From assembly GCA_023515725.1 (NCBI GenBank), contig JALDTO010000136.1, positions 124,001 through 188,000 of the forward strand: a DNA stretch of 64,000 nucleotides, written 5' to 3'. Positions 52,045 to 64,000 of this stretch are shown piece after piece. The notes below the pieces were generated by a model. The model worked only from the letters and a program-made list of their open reading frames with translations, was not told the DNA's origin and ran no database searches. The translations under genes were made by a program, and so were the position numbers. Within the stretch, counting starts at the first letter, position 1; the number at the start of each line of letters is the position of its first letter. Source of the DNA: Amoeboaphelidium protococcarum X5. Lineage: Eukaryota; Fungi; Aphelidiomycota.

Positions 52045-55000
52045 TCATTATTGCATGACAACTTTCTGAATTTCACTTTTCTGTAATGCTCTATTGAGAA
52101 TATGCTCTTCCACAGTGCCACGAGTAATGAGACGATACACAGTCACTTGGCGAGTCTGTCCAAGGCGATGCGAGCGATCCATGGCCTGTTGATCGTTTGT
52201 GGGATTCCAGTCGTGCTCAAAGAATATGATTGTATCTGCAGCAGTCAAATTAATTCCAAGACCGCCAGCTCTAGTGGATAGGATGAATATAAAGATTTCC
52301 GGATCTTGCTAGAATTGAGACACCATATCACGTCTATCTGAAATCTTTGTTGAACCGTCCAACCTCAAATATCGGTATTTCGTCTGTGCCAAATACTCTT
52401 CAAACAGATCCATCATTCGCGTCATTTAAAAGTAAATCAAGACTTTATGACCACCATTCTTCAACTCTTTAAGGAGACCATGAATAGCTTAAATCTTGCC
52501 AGAGTCAAAGAGAATCTTTTTAAAATCAGGAATATCAATTTAAGAGAAGCCATTAAGTGTGAGAGGTGGACTAAAGCAATCAGCGCCATAAAATTTTTAG
52601 TACAAATATGATTAAGACTTCCTCTCAAATACTTATTTGATCAGATACGGCTGTATAGACAGATTTTATTAGTGGATAGCCAGTCTAGAAGAGGAAGCAT
52701 GAAGGAGCGGTGCGTTAGTTATAACCTTATCGATTACATGAGCATTGAAATATCTAAATTCATCTACAAATAACCTCTGTCTGACATTGAGAAGCTCTTC
52801 CAAGGGACTGACCTCTTGTGCAATGTAAGGATTATAGAATGAAGACTCAAATCGCAGCAATAGATCAATTTTACTCCTCTAAAGTTAGAGAGATTTCAAC
52901 TTGGCGACATTCTACATGTACAAGTCAATATGCTCTAAATCTTGGCCATCTTATAAAGTAAGCCCAAGAAACTTATTGAGAGTTTTAAGACACTCTGCTC
53001 TAGGCTTAGTGTAATTGCTACCTCTATATTCAATCTAATCTTCCAAAATCAGTTTAGGCAGTCGATACTCAATGGGATTAGAGTGATCAGCATCAGGCAA
53101 ATACTCTGACATATCATTGCCGCTACTAGTCAGAGATGATGAGAATGCAATTGAGCTCTTCACAGATGCAATATCGAATAACTAGACGTGATTAACAACT
53201 TTACGCAGCTATACAAAAGCATTCATCAACTTATCGCTCTACTCCTAATCGTCGTCATTCTTCAACTGCAACTTTTGTAGAAGATTATCCATCTCTACAT
53301 CTTCGGACAGATAACTGTACATCTTCTTCTGCTTAAAAGTCATATCACAATAGACAGTCTTCTCAATTTTATCACCAAGCTCAGACTCCACTTCCTTCTT
53401 GGTACGGCGAAGCATGAATGGCTTCAAGATCATATGAAGACGATCAACCTACACTTGATCCAGCTTGGACGATCCTTTGCTCACAGCATGAGATTCTATA
53501 TCTTTACTGAACCACGATGCAAACTCTTCGTGAGAATCAAACAGAGTCGGCATGATGAAGTGTAATAAGGCCCAGAGCTCTTGCATATTGTTCTGAATGG
53601 GAGTTCCAGTGAGAAGTAGACGGTTGCGACAATTCAACTTCAACAAAGTCTTCCATCGAGTAGTGCCGGAACTCTTGATAGCATGCGCTTCATCCAAGAT
53701 CAAATACTTCCATTTCTAACGCTGAAAATACGGCTGATCTTGCACCACAATCTGATAACTAGTGATCAATACATGATACTCACTGTCTCGATTGAATTAA
53801 AACTTTTTCGTAGTCCAAAACTTTCGCAGAATCTGTCGATCTTTAGATGAGCCCCAATAAGGAAGCAGTTTAAGAGCAGGTGCAAACTTATTAAATTCCT
53901 AATACCAGTTATGCAAAGTACTGGCCGGGACAACTACTAGAAAAGGACCCCAGATGTTCTTGACCTCAGCCAGCCAAGAGACGAGAGCAATAGTCTACGC
54001 AGTTTTACCAAGACCCATATCATCAGCGAGAATTCCGTTAATTCCCTATTCATATAGAGAGCACAGCCATTACAATCCCTTCAGCTAATACGGCTTCAAC
54101 TTCATCTAAAATAACTCGGGCTATTTAATATCCAGCTTCAACTATTGATTCGCACCACCTTTTTAAGAATCTCTTCTCTTAGAGCCACCTTAAGAAGAGT
54201 CATTATCATCATCATCATCATCAAATTAAGATACTTTGGCCAATTGCTTATTCACAGCGCTTTAAGCTTGCTGAGATGCAAGTTGGTACAAGTCCTACTC
54301 AGTCATCTAATCAAAAGATCCACCAGCGGCTTAAATATTACGCTATGGCTGCGATTGACTAGGAGACTGCACCTCATTCTGACCTTTATTCTTCACAAAA
54401 TGACTATACAACTCTGTCTAATTAATAAGAAATTGCAACTTCTTAGCCTACCGCTTCTTCTCCATCTCCTCCTCTTCCACTTTCAGACGCTCCAATTTCT
54501 CCTTCTCTGCCCTCTTCAGACGCTCCTTTTCGATCTTCTCATTCTACTTCCAATATTATGCTACATCTTTGCTGACCTTCTTCACTTTAGCAGCACGCTC
54601 CTTTTGCTCTTTAGATGAGATCTACGTCTTCTACTTGGTGCCAATAGCAAGAGTGTTATTGTAGATTGTGAGAGCATTCTACGCCAGAATTTATGAGCAC
54701 TTGACTCTACCAACACGGGACGCCAGTCTAATAGAACTCGCCTGTGGTACCTACTTACAAATATCAGACCAGCAGCGCTTCACTTCCTGCTCAATATCCA
54801 CGTCCGGCAGAGAGGATTTCTAAAGTTCAAGCATCAGGCTATGCAGGGTCTTTTACTTTTTCAGCTCCGTCTCTTGTTCATGCTCCTCCAAGACACGCTT
54901 CTTCCTCTCCTCAAACGCCGCCTTGTACTAAGCCAGACGTTACTCCCTCTCTGCAGATGTAAGAGCTATCTGAGGTGTTAAATTAAGCTGAGGTGGTGGC

Positions 55001-55152
55001 AGGAGAGAGTTATAATAACCATTGTGTCCACCATATCCAGTCGACATGAAAGACGATGGAGCCATACCATTACCCAAAGACTACTAATGCTACTACTAAT
55101 CTTGAAGCTACTTGTGCAGTATGTACTACTATAGTTGATGATTGAAATCCAT
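52045..55152 (-). CDS. INO80: INO80 chromatin-remodelling ATPase
   Basis: DBINO-like [79 protein letters not shown]; 1036 codons. Confidence 0.95.
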
Positions 55153-56037
55153 AATTGGGTACTACTAGAGCAATGAATGTTCAGATATATATTATATACG
55201 TATGCCTAATCACCGCCAATCTGTAGTGATGAATGATGATGATAAGAATAACAAAGTGGAAAGAGAAGCCGATCCTTGTTTGACTCTGTGAGCTCTTTGG
55301 CCAGCTGACCAACTAATTGAATTGTTTCTTTTTCCGTCGCTATCACCAACTCATTATTTTAATCTTCATCCTGATCGCTCTCTTATTCGTCGTCGTCGTC
55401 GTCTTCGTCTCTCTCTTGTTATCTCTCTTCTCTGTGAGTGGATTGATTTGGATGGACCGAAAGAAAGTCTCTCTCTCTCTCTCTTCTGGAAAAAACGGGC
55501 ATGGCAGACTGAAACGGAACGTTTTCGCGCGACGTTCATTCTTCCGTCGCTCTGTGTCTCTCTCCCGTTTCTCCGTTTCAAAATGGCCCCGTAGGCTCTT
55601 TGTTTTGGCTCGTTTTGGCCCGCTCGCTCTCTTTTTACGCGTTACTATCATTTTGTATTGATTACAAAGTTATTAAGGTGGCGGTGCGACATTTATAAAA
55701 AGTTGTCTTATAAGCTTGTAGTATACGTACTTAGTATATATAAATGTTATATAAAAAAATAATAATAATAACCCCAGTCTTACTCCACCGTTGTCATGTG
55801 AGCCTTTAAAGTCGTCCGTGCCTGATTATCATCATCTTAATCGACGCCGTAAAGGGACTCCATGTGGTGTGTGATCAGCGAATCAGCGCTCATTTCCCCT
55901 TTGATTTAAAATTGATTTTCATTTATTCGATCAGCTTAATCACCCTCTACATCAAATTTAGTTCAAGTATACTCATTTAGTTCATTTGCTTTAATTCATA
56001 ATAAATTTAGTGTAATTGCAAGAAGTAGTGAGTGATA

Positions 56038-58683
56038 ATGAATTTAAACTAGCCACCAAGTAATCTGAAGCCTGGAAATAGCAGTGAGAGAAATTCACCG
56101 AGAAGACGTACAACCATGGGATTGCCTTACAACAGGTCTGCTAGCAACAGTAGATATGATGATCATGATGATAGCTCTAGCTCGTCAGATAATGAAGTTG
56201 ATAATATTAACATCAATTACAACGAAAGTGGTGACTAGGTATTTGATCGTAATAATCTAGACAGAATGTCCTCCCCTGCAATAATTAGTGAGGATATGTG
56301 TCTACGAGAGAGATAGAATGCTATTAATCAAACGCATCCATTCGGTATAAGATTATGGAAGCCGGCTCTGTATAAAAAGACGCGTACTATTGAGCAAGTG
56401 TCGTATGATGATGTGCACAGGAGCCCATCGTTTACCGCTAGAATCATCAATCCTGGCAATGTTGTGTGGTCTTTACTATTTGGCTGGTGGATTGCACTGG
56501 TGTATTTTGTTGCTGGTGTGCTTATGTTCCTCCTCTCAGGGCTGTGGAGTGAGCAGGGCAAAGTTTATACCAGACTCTTGTTCAGTCTATCATCGTACAT
56601 GCTCTATCCCTTTGGTAGATTCGTTGAACGCGTCTGGGATTTGAATGACTGGGAAGAGTCTGGTCCTCTGCTGGCATCACCGTCCTCTGCTGATCAGTCG
56701 CCATCCCGCTCTACACCATCGCCTAAGACTTTGAATGCAGTCAATAAAGATGCTGATAATGATATTGGCGGCTTCATAACTTCCTTTAAAGATAATGGTA
56801 TCGCTATGGGCGATGAATCTTTGCCTTCCTCACCCGTGACCAGAGTTTAGTCCATGTTGACTCTTGCTCAGTAATGGCTGTCCTGTCGTTGGAGAAATGT
56901 GAAGAGAATGAGTTATAACGATATGGTATTCTATTGCCTCCAAGTCATCATTGTGTAGCCTGTGTAGTTATTCGCAGGTGCTCTGTGCTGGCTGTTGGTC
57001 TTTTCTATTCCAATGGCTAAGCTATCGTGTACACTGTCTGAGAAGATGTGGACCATTCCGAAGCAGTTGCGCGTTAGTCCGCTGTTGACTCCATTCTCTT
57101 TGCCCACTGGAGAGATACTGATTTGTACTTATAATGGCTTCGGGTCCAGGTATTACAAGTATACTGTGGATGGTGTCAATATCATATTCATTAATTTGAT
57201 TGCCGTTGTTCTCTTTGCGCTTGTGGATGGTTATTGGCTGGCCCCGCTGCTGAATCATTCGGGAATTGCTAATCCAGGTGTGATTTTCATGTTATGTGTT
57301 GTATCCGTTCTTCCTTTAGCGTATTTTATTGGTATGGCGGTGGCGTCAATATCGTCGCAGTCCTCATTTGGATTTGGCGCTGTGATTAACGCTACTTTTA
57401 GTTCTATTGTGGAGATTATACTCTACTGGATGGCGATCAGGTAGAATAAGGGATTGTTGGTGGAAGGTGCGATTATTGGTTCCTTTATAGCTACCCTTCT
57501 CCTACTGCCAGGTCTCTCCATGATCAGTGGCGGTGTTGGTAAGTGGAAAGAGTAAAAGTTTAATGTGAAGAGTGCATCAGTCAGTATGGTGTTATTGTAC
57601 ATGGCACTGATTGGAGCATTCACACCAACTCTGTTTTATTCAGTCTATGGAAAGTATGAATTCAAATGTGACTCGTGTCATTCTAGTGCGGCTGTCTCTG
57701 AGTCTTCGAGTGTTGTCAATCCATTTGATATGATGGCCAAGTGTTCTGGATGCACCTATGAACTTCCACATAATCCCAATTAAGACCCTCTTTATGTAAA
57801 TAAAGTCAAGCCGTTGATGTATTTCTGTGCTGCTGCTCTGCCATCTGCGTATCTGGTAGGACTTTTATTTACTTTGAGAACTCACGTAAAGTAAATTTAT
57901 CACGCAGATACTCTAAACCATGGTGGAAATCGTAAACACGACTCGCAGCTGTGGAGTTATATCAGTACAGATTCACGTAGGAAGTCTGATGCTGTTTAAC
58001 AGTAGTAGTTGTAGCAATAGCAGTAGTTGAATAACATGACTGACTCTACCGTTATGGTCAGTTCTCCTAATCACACACAAGAATTCAATATGGGAGCTAG
58101 TGCTGGCAACAGTCAAATGCAATAGTCGCAAGCTAATAATAATAATAATCATACTTCTCATGGCAATTCTGGTGGTGGACATGAAGCGCCTGAATGGAGC
58201 AAGACTAAATCTGCAATCATCCTTCTGGTGTCCACCGTGTTATTTGCACTGCTCGCAGAGAAGTTGGTGGACACTGTCGACTCTGTTATTGAAGGTGGTG
58301 GTGTGTCTGAGAAATTTCTTGGTCTAACTCTGTTTGCCATTGTCCCGTCGTTTACCGAATTTCTTAATGCTATTGCTTTCGCCATGTATGGAAATGTCTC
58401 CCTCTCTCTAGAGATTGGATGTGCGTATGTGGTACAAATCGCCCTTATCTAAATCCCAATTCTGGTTGGATTGTCTGCATTCTGGAACGCTTTCAATAAC
58501 ATCCCAGATACGATTGAGCGCTCATTCACCTTGATATTTCCGCGATGGGATCTATATACAGTCTTCTTTGCTGTGTTCCTGCTCAGCTACACTTACATTG
58601 AGGGAAAGTCGAATTATTTCAAGGGAAGCATCTTAACATTGTCCTATCTGGTCTTGATCATAAGCTTTTATTACGCCGAGTGA
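56038..58683 (+). CDS. VNX1: VNX1-type cation/H+ exchanger (CaCA superfamily)
   Basis: INQTHPFGIRLWKPALYKK, GAVINATFSSIVE, FTEFLNAIAFAMYGNVSLSLEIG, EGKSNYFKGSIL; 882 codons. Confidence 0.92.
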
Positions 58684-58795
58684 TGATAGTGGTCTGATAA
58701 CATTAAAAAGCTCAACATATGAATTGTTTTGTACAAGTAAAGTATAATATTTTTTAATAACAAAGAATTACATTGCTTTATTTAAATTTAAGAAT

Positions 58796-59819
58796 TCAAA
58801 TCTCAACAACTGGCTATTAAATAGATTTCAGAGCTGAATAATGATAGTCTACCAACCATTCAAGATCTATCAAAACACTCTACTGATACTCTGTGCGGCC
58901 AGCATAAATCTTGCTGAGAAAATCAATCATTGCACCAGATACAATGACACCAGTCAATACATTCTACTATTAAAAGAAGATTCTATCAATAGCGAATGGA
59001 TTACCATCATCAGTCTGAATATTGAGAGCTCTGTGCGCCATCAGCAAAACTTCAGACAAAATTTCCCACAGCTTAACTTCACTTTCCATCCACTTTTGTA
59101 TGGAGGAGAGCTTGACGGGAGCATCAGCCTCTGCCGTACCATTATTCATCATCTCCGGGATCACCTTGGCCAGTTTAGAATGATTTGATCTCAGCCATAC
59201 GTATGGTCTCTTGTAACGGGCGTATCCGGCAATAAGGAAGGCGGTTTTAGTCTGATCTTTTTCAATTTCCCGATCACTTGGACTGGCTGGCTGCACCTGA
59301 CTTCCCTACTCTAGAAGCATTCTAAAACTCTTGCTTCTCATAAATGGCTTCAAACTACATTAGATTGACATTTTATAATTTACGTTAGTTTAAGCACGAC
59401 AATAATTACGAGTTGGAGTGAGCAGCGGCATTAATAGGAACTTGTTTCTACTTTGATGACGCGGAATCGTTATACACTCGACATAACAACTCCTCTTTCC
59501 CTCTCAGATACAACTCAAAGTGCTTAAATCCCTTCAAACAATCACTCAAATAATGGATATATATATGATCATCATAATAGAATGTATAGATTACTTTTAG
59601 GCAGCCAGCGAGCAAACACTCTTGCAAGAAGGTGGACAACTTGTTAGGCTCAGCTTTCTACATTATATCATACAGCATACAGTTCAAACATTCTTCCAAT
59701 TCAAGTTAAATTAGATACAATACCTTTTACTACTAAAGAAACTATGGAGTCATTGTGCCAGACTAGTAAAGCTACTACTGGCTGCCGTATACCATTTGAC
59801 TTCCTTGATATGGCTGCAT
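58796..59819 (-). CDS. Conserved uncharacterised protein
   Basis: GCLKGFKHFELYLRGKEEL and FLIAGYARYKRPYVWLRSNH blocks resemble an uncharacterised family I recall from animals and early-diverging fungi; 2-3 introns. Confidence 0.7.
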
Positions 59820-60255
59820 TTCAATTATAGTGTATCAACGATTGATAGTGGAAAGGGGGACTGAAAATCGCATAGAAATAAGATCTGCAAAAAGAAAAGG
59901 AAAAGAACAAAAAGCGCGCGCGTGTTTCAAAGATGTAGTTTAGAAACGTTAGTAGTGTGTTTTACTGTGAAGATAGAGTACAATAGATAGGGAACCGGCA
60001 TTATTCATGAAGAGGAACTTTCGATAGAGTATCGCGCAGTGATTATACGTGTACTGTTAAAACAATAATCTGCCGAAGCATATACAGTGTAGCCTCAACT
60101 CTTAAATTAATAGCGATCACTAAAAACGATCATAATGACTAACACCTTTCTTGCTTTGGAAAAAGATGTACAAATGACGATATACTCTATGTGTGGATCA
60201 TATTTTTTTCAAGTAAATCATTAAAGCTTTCCATTAGAACATCAACAGAATACTG

Positions 60256-61173
60256 TCACGATTACTTGCTACTTGGTTCAATCTTATCTTCAGTTAAACA
60301 TGCTTTAAGATAAGGCGCACTAATGGGCTTCTAAATGGGTTCAATATAAGAATATTCACGTCCATTGAATCCTTCAAGTGGATACGTTTTATCAGAATCA
60401 AAACCATTCAAATCTCCACATGCCATGAATGGCCCAATAAGTTTATTCAGTCTCGCCGAATCCCCAAGATCTTCAGCTTAATGCTAATCATAATAATTAC
60501 TCTAAAAGCTAAAATTTTAAATACTGTGTACGTAGCCTTCAGGCATCTATAGCTCTTAACACACCACGAACGCTTCAATACTACTCCCTCGAGAACTGCG
60601 AGGCTTTACACAATGGACGCGTTTAAAGAATATCTTTAGCTGAGTATACAAAAGTGTTATATCACGACCACGAAATATTTTGGCAATAAAAGTTCCACCA
60701 TCTTTCAAGACGGCCAGAGCAAGACTAAATGCAGAAATGACCAGCTAGTGTTGAACATATTCATCCAAATCATGGAGTCCAGTGACATCTGGTGCGCCAT
60801 CGCTTATAACTAAATCAGCCTTAGTGCCTTCAAAATGAGCAATGATCTTTTACGCCGTCTACTCTTGCGTGATATCTCCTTTAAGCACAGTGACATGTGG
60901 TATAGGCGCCATATCTTATAGATCAACAGCCACTATTTGAACATTATCAATCGAAGTATTACTCTACTATCGCTCCAACACCAATTTATTACTCAACACC
61001 TGACTCCAACTGCCAGGAGCGGCACAAAGATCTACAGCTTTGTTTACTGACTCGTTGAATATCCCAAATTGCTCATCAATCTATAACAGTTTATACGCAG
61101 ATCTTGCTCTATAACCTTCCTCTTTAGCTAATCGATAATAAATATCGCGTTTATCTTTACTCTATTTTCCCAT
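60256..61173 (-). CDS. TRM7: tRNA Cm32/Gm34 2'-O-methyltransferase
   Basis: [62 protein letters not shown]; 306 codons. Confidence 0.95.
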
Positions 61174-61286
61174 ATTTAGATCCTCTAATATTGATCGTAT
61201 TGCAACTCAGCACTTAAGTGAAAATAAACTGAAGAGTAAAAAATCGTTAAGTAAAAGACATACAATCAGTACATTAACAATTATTC

Positions 61287-61618
61287 TCACTTTTTACCCG
61301 ATTACGATGAAGACTGATCCTTTTAAGCAGCCTTGGCCGCTATTTTCTCCTGCAACTTCTTGGCGTCTCTACAGAGATATAAAAGTTAAGTACGATTAAC
61401 TAGTAAGCAACTTTCAAAAATCTATCACTTACAATTCTCGTCGCTGCTGAGGAGTCAGATTGTCTTCACGCTTTCCCTTGTCCGACTACTGCTTCTTCTT
61501 CTATGCTTTCAATCTATCTCGTTCGCGCTAGTCACCTCCTACACATACATACATAATAATTACTTGGTCAGTCTTGCACTATATTGCTTTGGGTTAGATT
61601 TCAAAACTTACTTGTCAT
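61287..61618 (-). CDS. SERF/4F5 family small protein
   Basis: MTRGDQRERDRLKAQKKQ...LTPQQRRELDAKKLQEK; two introns. Confidence 0.88.
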
Positions 61619-61669
61619 TGTTCTTAAAGTTGACTATAAAAAGATTGAGTTAAATTTTGCTAAGATAAA

Positions 61670-63587
61670 ATGAAATCTGAAGACAGTAAATTACCAAGTT
61701 TTAATAGATTTAACGTTGTCAGGCTGGTATTGATATTTTTGGGCATTAAAATTCTGCTCTTTCCCGCATAGTAAATCTTTTATTCATAGTCTTAGAGCGC
61801 CTTTATCTAAATTTATAATGTTGTAGTGCGTCGACTGATTTTGAAGTTCATAGAAACTGGCTAGCTATTACTCACTCGACACCATTGTAAAAGTGGTATT
61901 TTGAAGTAAGTTATCATTTCATATAAATGTTTACTCCATAGAACTTACGCGACGATCATTATGTAGAATACATCTGAATGGACACTTGATTATCCGCCAT
62001 TCTTTGCCTGGTTCGAATATGTCATGTCCTAGTTTGCCATGTACTTTGAGCCCGAGATGTTGATCGTCTCAAATCTGAATTATCGGAGTGATCGCGCCGT
62101 GTTGTTTCAACGCGTCTCTGTCCTTGTCTCTGAGCTGTTACTTCTTATTGCTACTCTTAGGTGAGATTTTTGCTCACACTCTATTTAAATATCGCGATTT
62201 ACACTTTTTTGTGTAGACTTTGTAAAGATTTGTCTAAAGATGTGGCAAAGTGGCTTTTGCTATTCGGTACTTTCTGCAGTGTGGGGTTGCTCATCGTTGA
62301 CCATATTCATTTCCAGTATAATGGTTTTCTGCTTGGTATGTTCATTCTAGCTATACATGAGATGTCTCGGGTAATATTCTCCATGTGATATTGTTCTCTT
62401 ACCGCTGACTATATAATCTGCATGTAGAATAATTTCTTGATGGGTGGATTCTTATTCGCTGCGCTGTTAAATTTCAAGCATATATTCCTCTACGTTGGCC
62501 CTGCGTTCTTTATTTACATTTTGAGGAATTACTGCATGTCATAGTAGACTTATTAGCCAAAGTTGGTGAATTTCATCAAGATAAGTTTTGTTGTTGTATT
62601 AGTCACTTTGGTAAGTTTGTGGCCTTTCCGGTATCAGTTGCCTCAGTTAACGGCGCGACTATTTCCATTCAAACGCGGCTTAGTTCACGCGTATTGGGCA
62701 CCAAATTTCTATGCTCTTTACTCTTTTGCTGACAAGATATTGTGCAAGGCTTTATCGCGTTCTGCGTAAAGTTCTAATACTGCTAGTGGTATAGTGTAAG
62801 AGACAGTGTTCTGCGTATTGCCACAAATCAGTCCCAGAGTGACTTTCATGTTGACTTTGACATCTCATTCAGTACCTCTATATCGCCTGTGGAAACGACC
62901 AGAATACAATCAATTTGTATTGACCATAGCTCTCTGTGCACTCGGGTCCTTTATGTTTGGCTGGCATGTACACGAGAAGGCAATCTTGCTGGCGTTGTTT
63001 CCTCTGTGGTAAACTTTAGCCTCTGTTAGTACTAAGTAAAGTTATCATTGATGTGTAGTGTCTATGTCTCATATCATGGCTCGTAATACGTAAAAAAGCT
63101 ATTATGGCTTCTTCAAGTCTTTGGTTATTTAGGATTGCTTCCTTTATTATATCAATTTGAAGGTGAGCTCTTTCATTACTATTAATTGTAATGCAATCGC
63201 TATCCTGTTCAGTGTAGAAAGTCCTATCAAGATCTTGGCATTTATCATATACACAGCCGTATCATTTAAGTTTTGCGGCTTGAGGTAAGATTTACATCGT
63301 ATGCTGTATTTTTTTTAACTGATATGTGTAGGTTGGGAGATTTTACTCATTTTGAATAAGCGTTTACCTGTCTATCTCCATTTGTCATTGCTTTCGAGTC
63401 TAGCAGCACAGTGATTACTAGAGAGACCATTAAATTTCTCCCACTAATGCTGACGTCTGTCTACTGTGCTGTTGGCGTCTCATACAGCTGGCTATTATTG
63501 ATGTTGTTTAACTCGTCTGTCGCAGTTAAAGTCAATTAGAAGTGGAGTAGTTAAAGCTCTGAGTTGCAACAATATGAGAAAAGTTGA
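61670..63587 (+). CDS. ALG8: Dol-P-Glc alpha-1,3-glucosyltransferase ALG8
   Basis: [65 protein letters not shown]; 7 introns. Confidence 0.93.
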
Positions 63588-63633
63588 AGAAAAGGTACAG
63601 TTGGTTGTAATTAAATTTACTGATTTTTTTTAT

Positions 63634-64000
63634 TCATTGCTCTAGCACTGAACAGCACTTTCGTTTTTTTTATGATGAGGATGCAGCTGAGAGATAGAGT
63701 CGCCAACAGGAGAGAAGTTCGTATGACTGTGTTACCAAGTACTAGAGAGGACCATCATTGAATTTATAGACAGGCCATACCAACACAGAACTTCTGGCAA
63801 ACTCGATTGTGAGGAGAACCACAGCAGCAAGCATCTCAATGTAATAATAATAATAATAAAAATATAAACTCTTGCCAAGGAGATCAAGCCAACTCTTAAC
63901 TGTAGACTACAGAGCAGACAAAGACGCCTTGACAAATTCGAATGGAGAAATCTATAATCTAATATCTAATGACTCTACTGTACTTCCAATGAATGAATGA
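63634..64000 (-). CDS. 3' end of an unidentified gene
   Basis: TGA-free frame ...SPFEFVKASLSALQSTVKSWLDLLGK...KKRKCCSVLEQ*; no recognisable motif. Confidence 0.35.

Noticed and set aside
54145-54618. Leu-rich + strand ORF
   Set aside because: Antisense of the charged DBINO region of INO80.

Overview
Compact, intron-containing eukaryotic DNA that uses a non-standard nuclear code: TAA and TAG are read as Gln, and TGA is the only stop. This is why the supplied standard-code ORF track is fragmented. Re-read with that code, the window resolves into about 42 tightly packed genes with short introns (mostly 48-74 nt). The gene set mixes fungal-type families (Zn2Cys6 TF, Sho1-like tetraspans, Kre9/Knh1-like, VNX1, Gap1/Sar1 RasGAP) with animal/amoeba-type families (PX-domain SGK, CYRI/FAM49, CDKL, TCAIM-like). 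Together with the code, this points to an aphelid, most likely Amoeboaphelidium protococcarum (inference). Main observations: (1) a 3x ~1.1 kb tandem amplification that places the proteasome beta1 promoter and first exon upstream of an orphan TM-coiled-coil gene, whose copies differ by exactly +7 and -11 residues; (2) a near-invariant TGTAG 3' splice site; (3) an excess of TAA codons just before the TGA stops, possibly fossil stop codons; (4) a tandem pair of secreted catalase-like proteins with shared upstream bZIP-type sites; (5) two SH3-less Sho1-like tetraspans ending in PDZ-ligand-like T-x-V; (6) a 5'-truncated RhoGAP. All gene models are manual translations and all family calls are motif recognition from memory. 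No searches were run.
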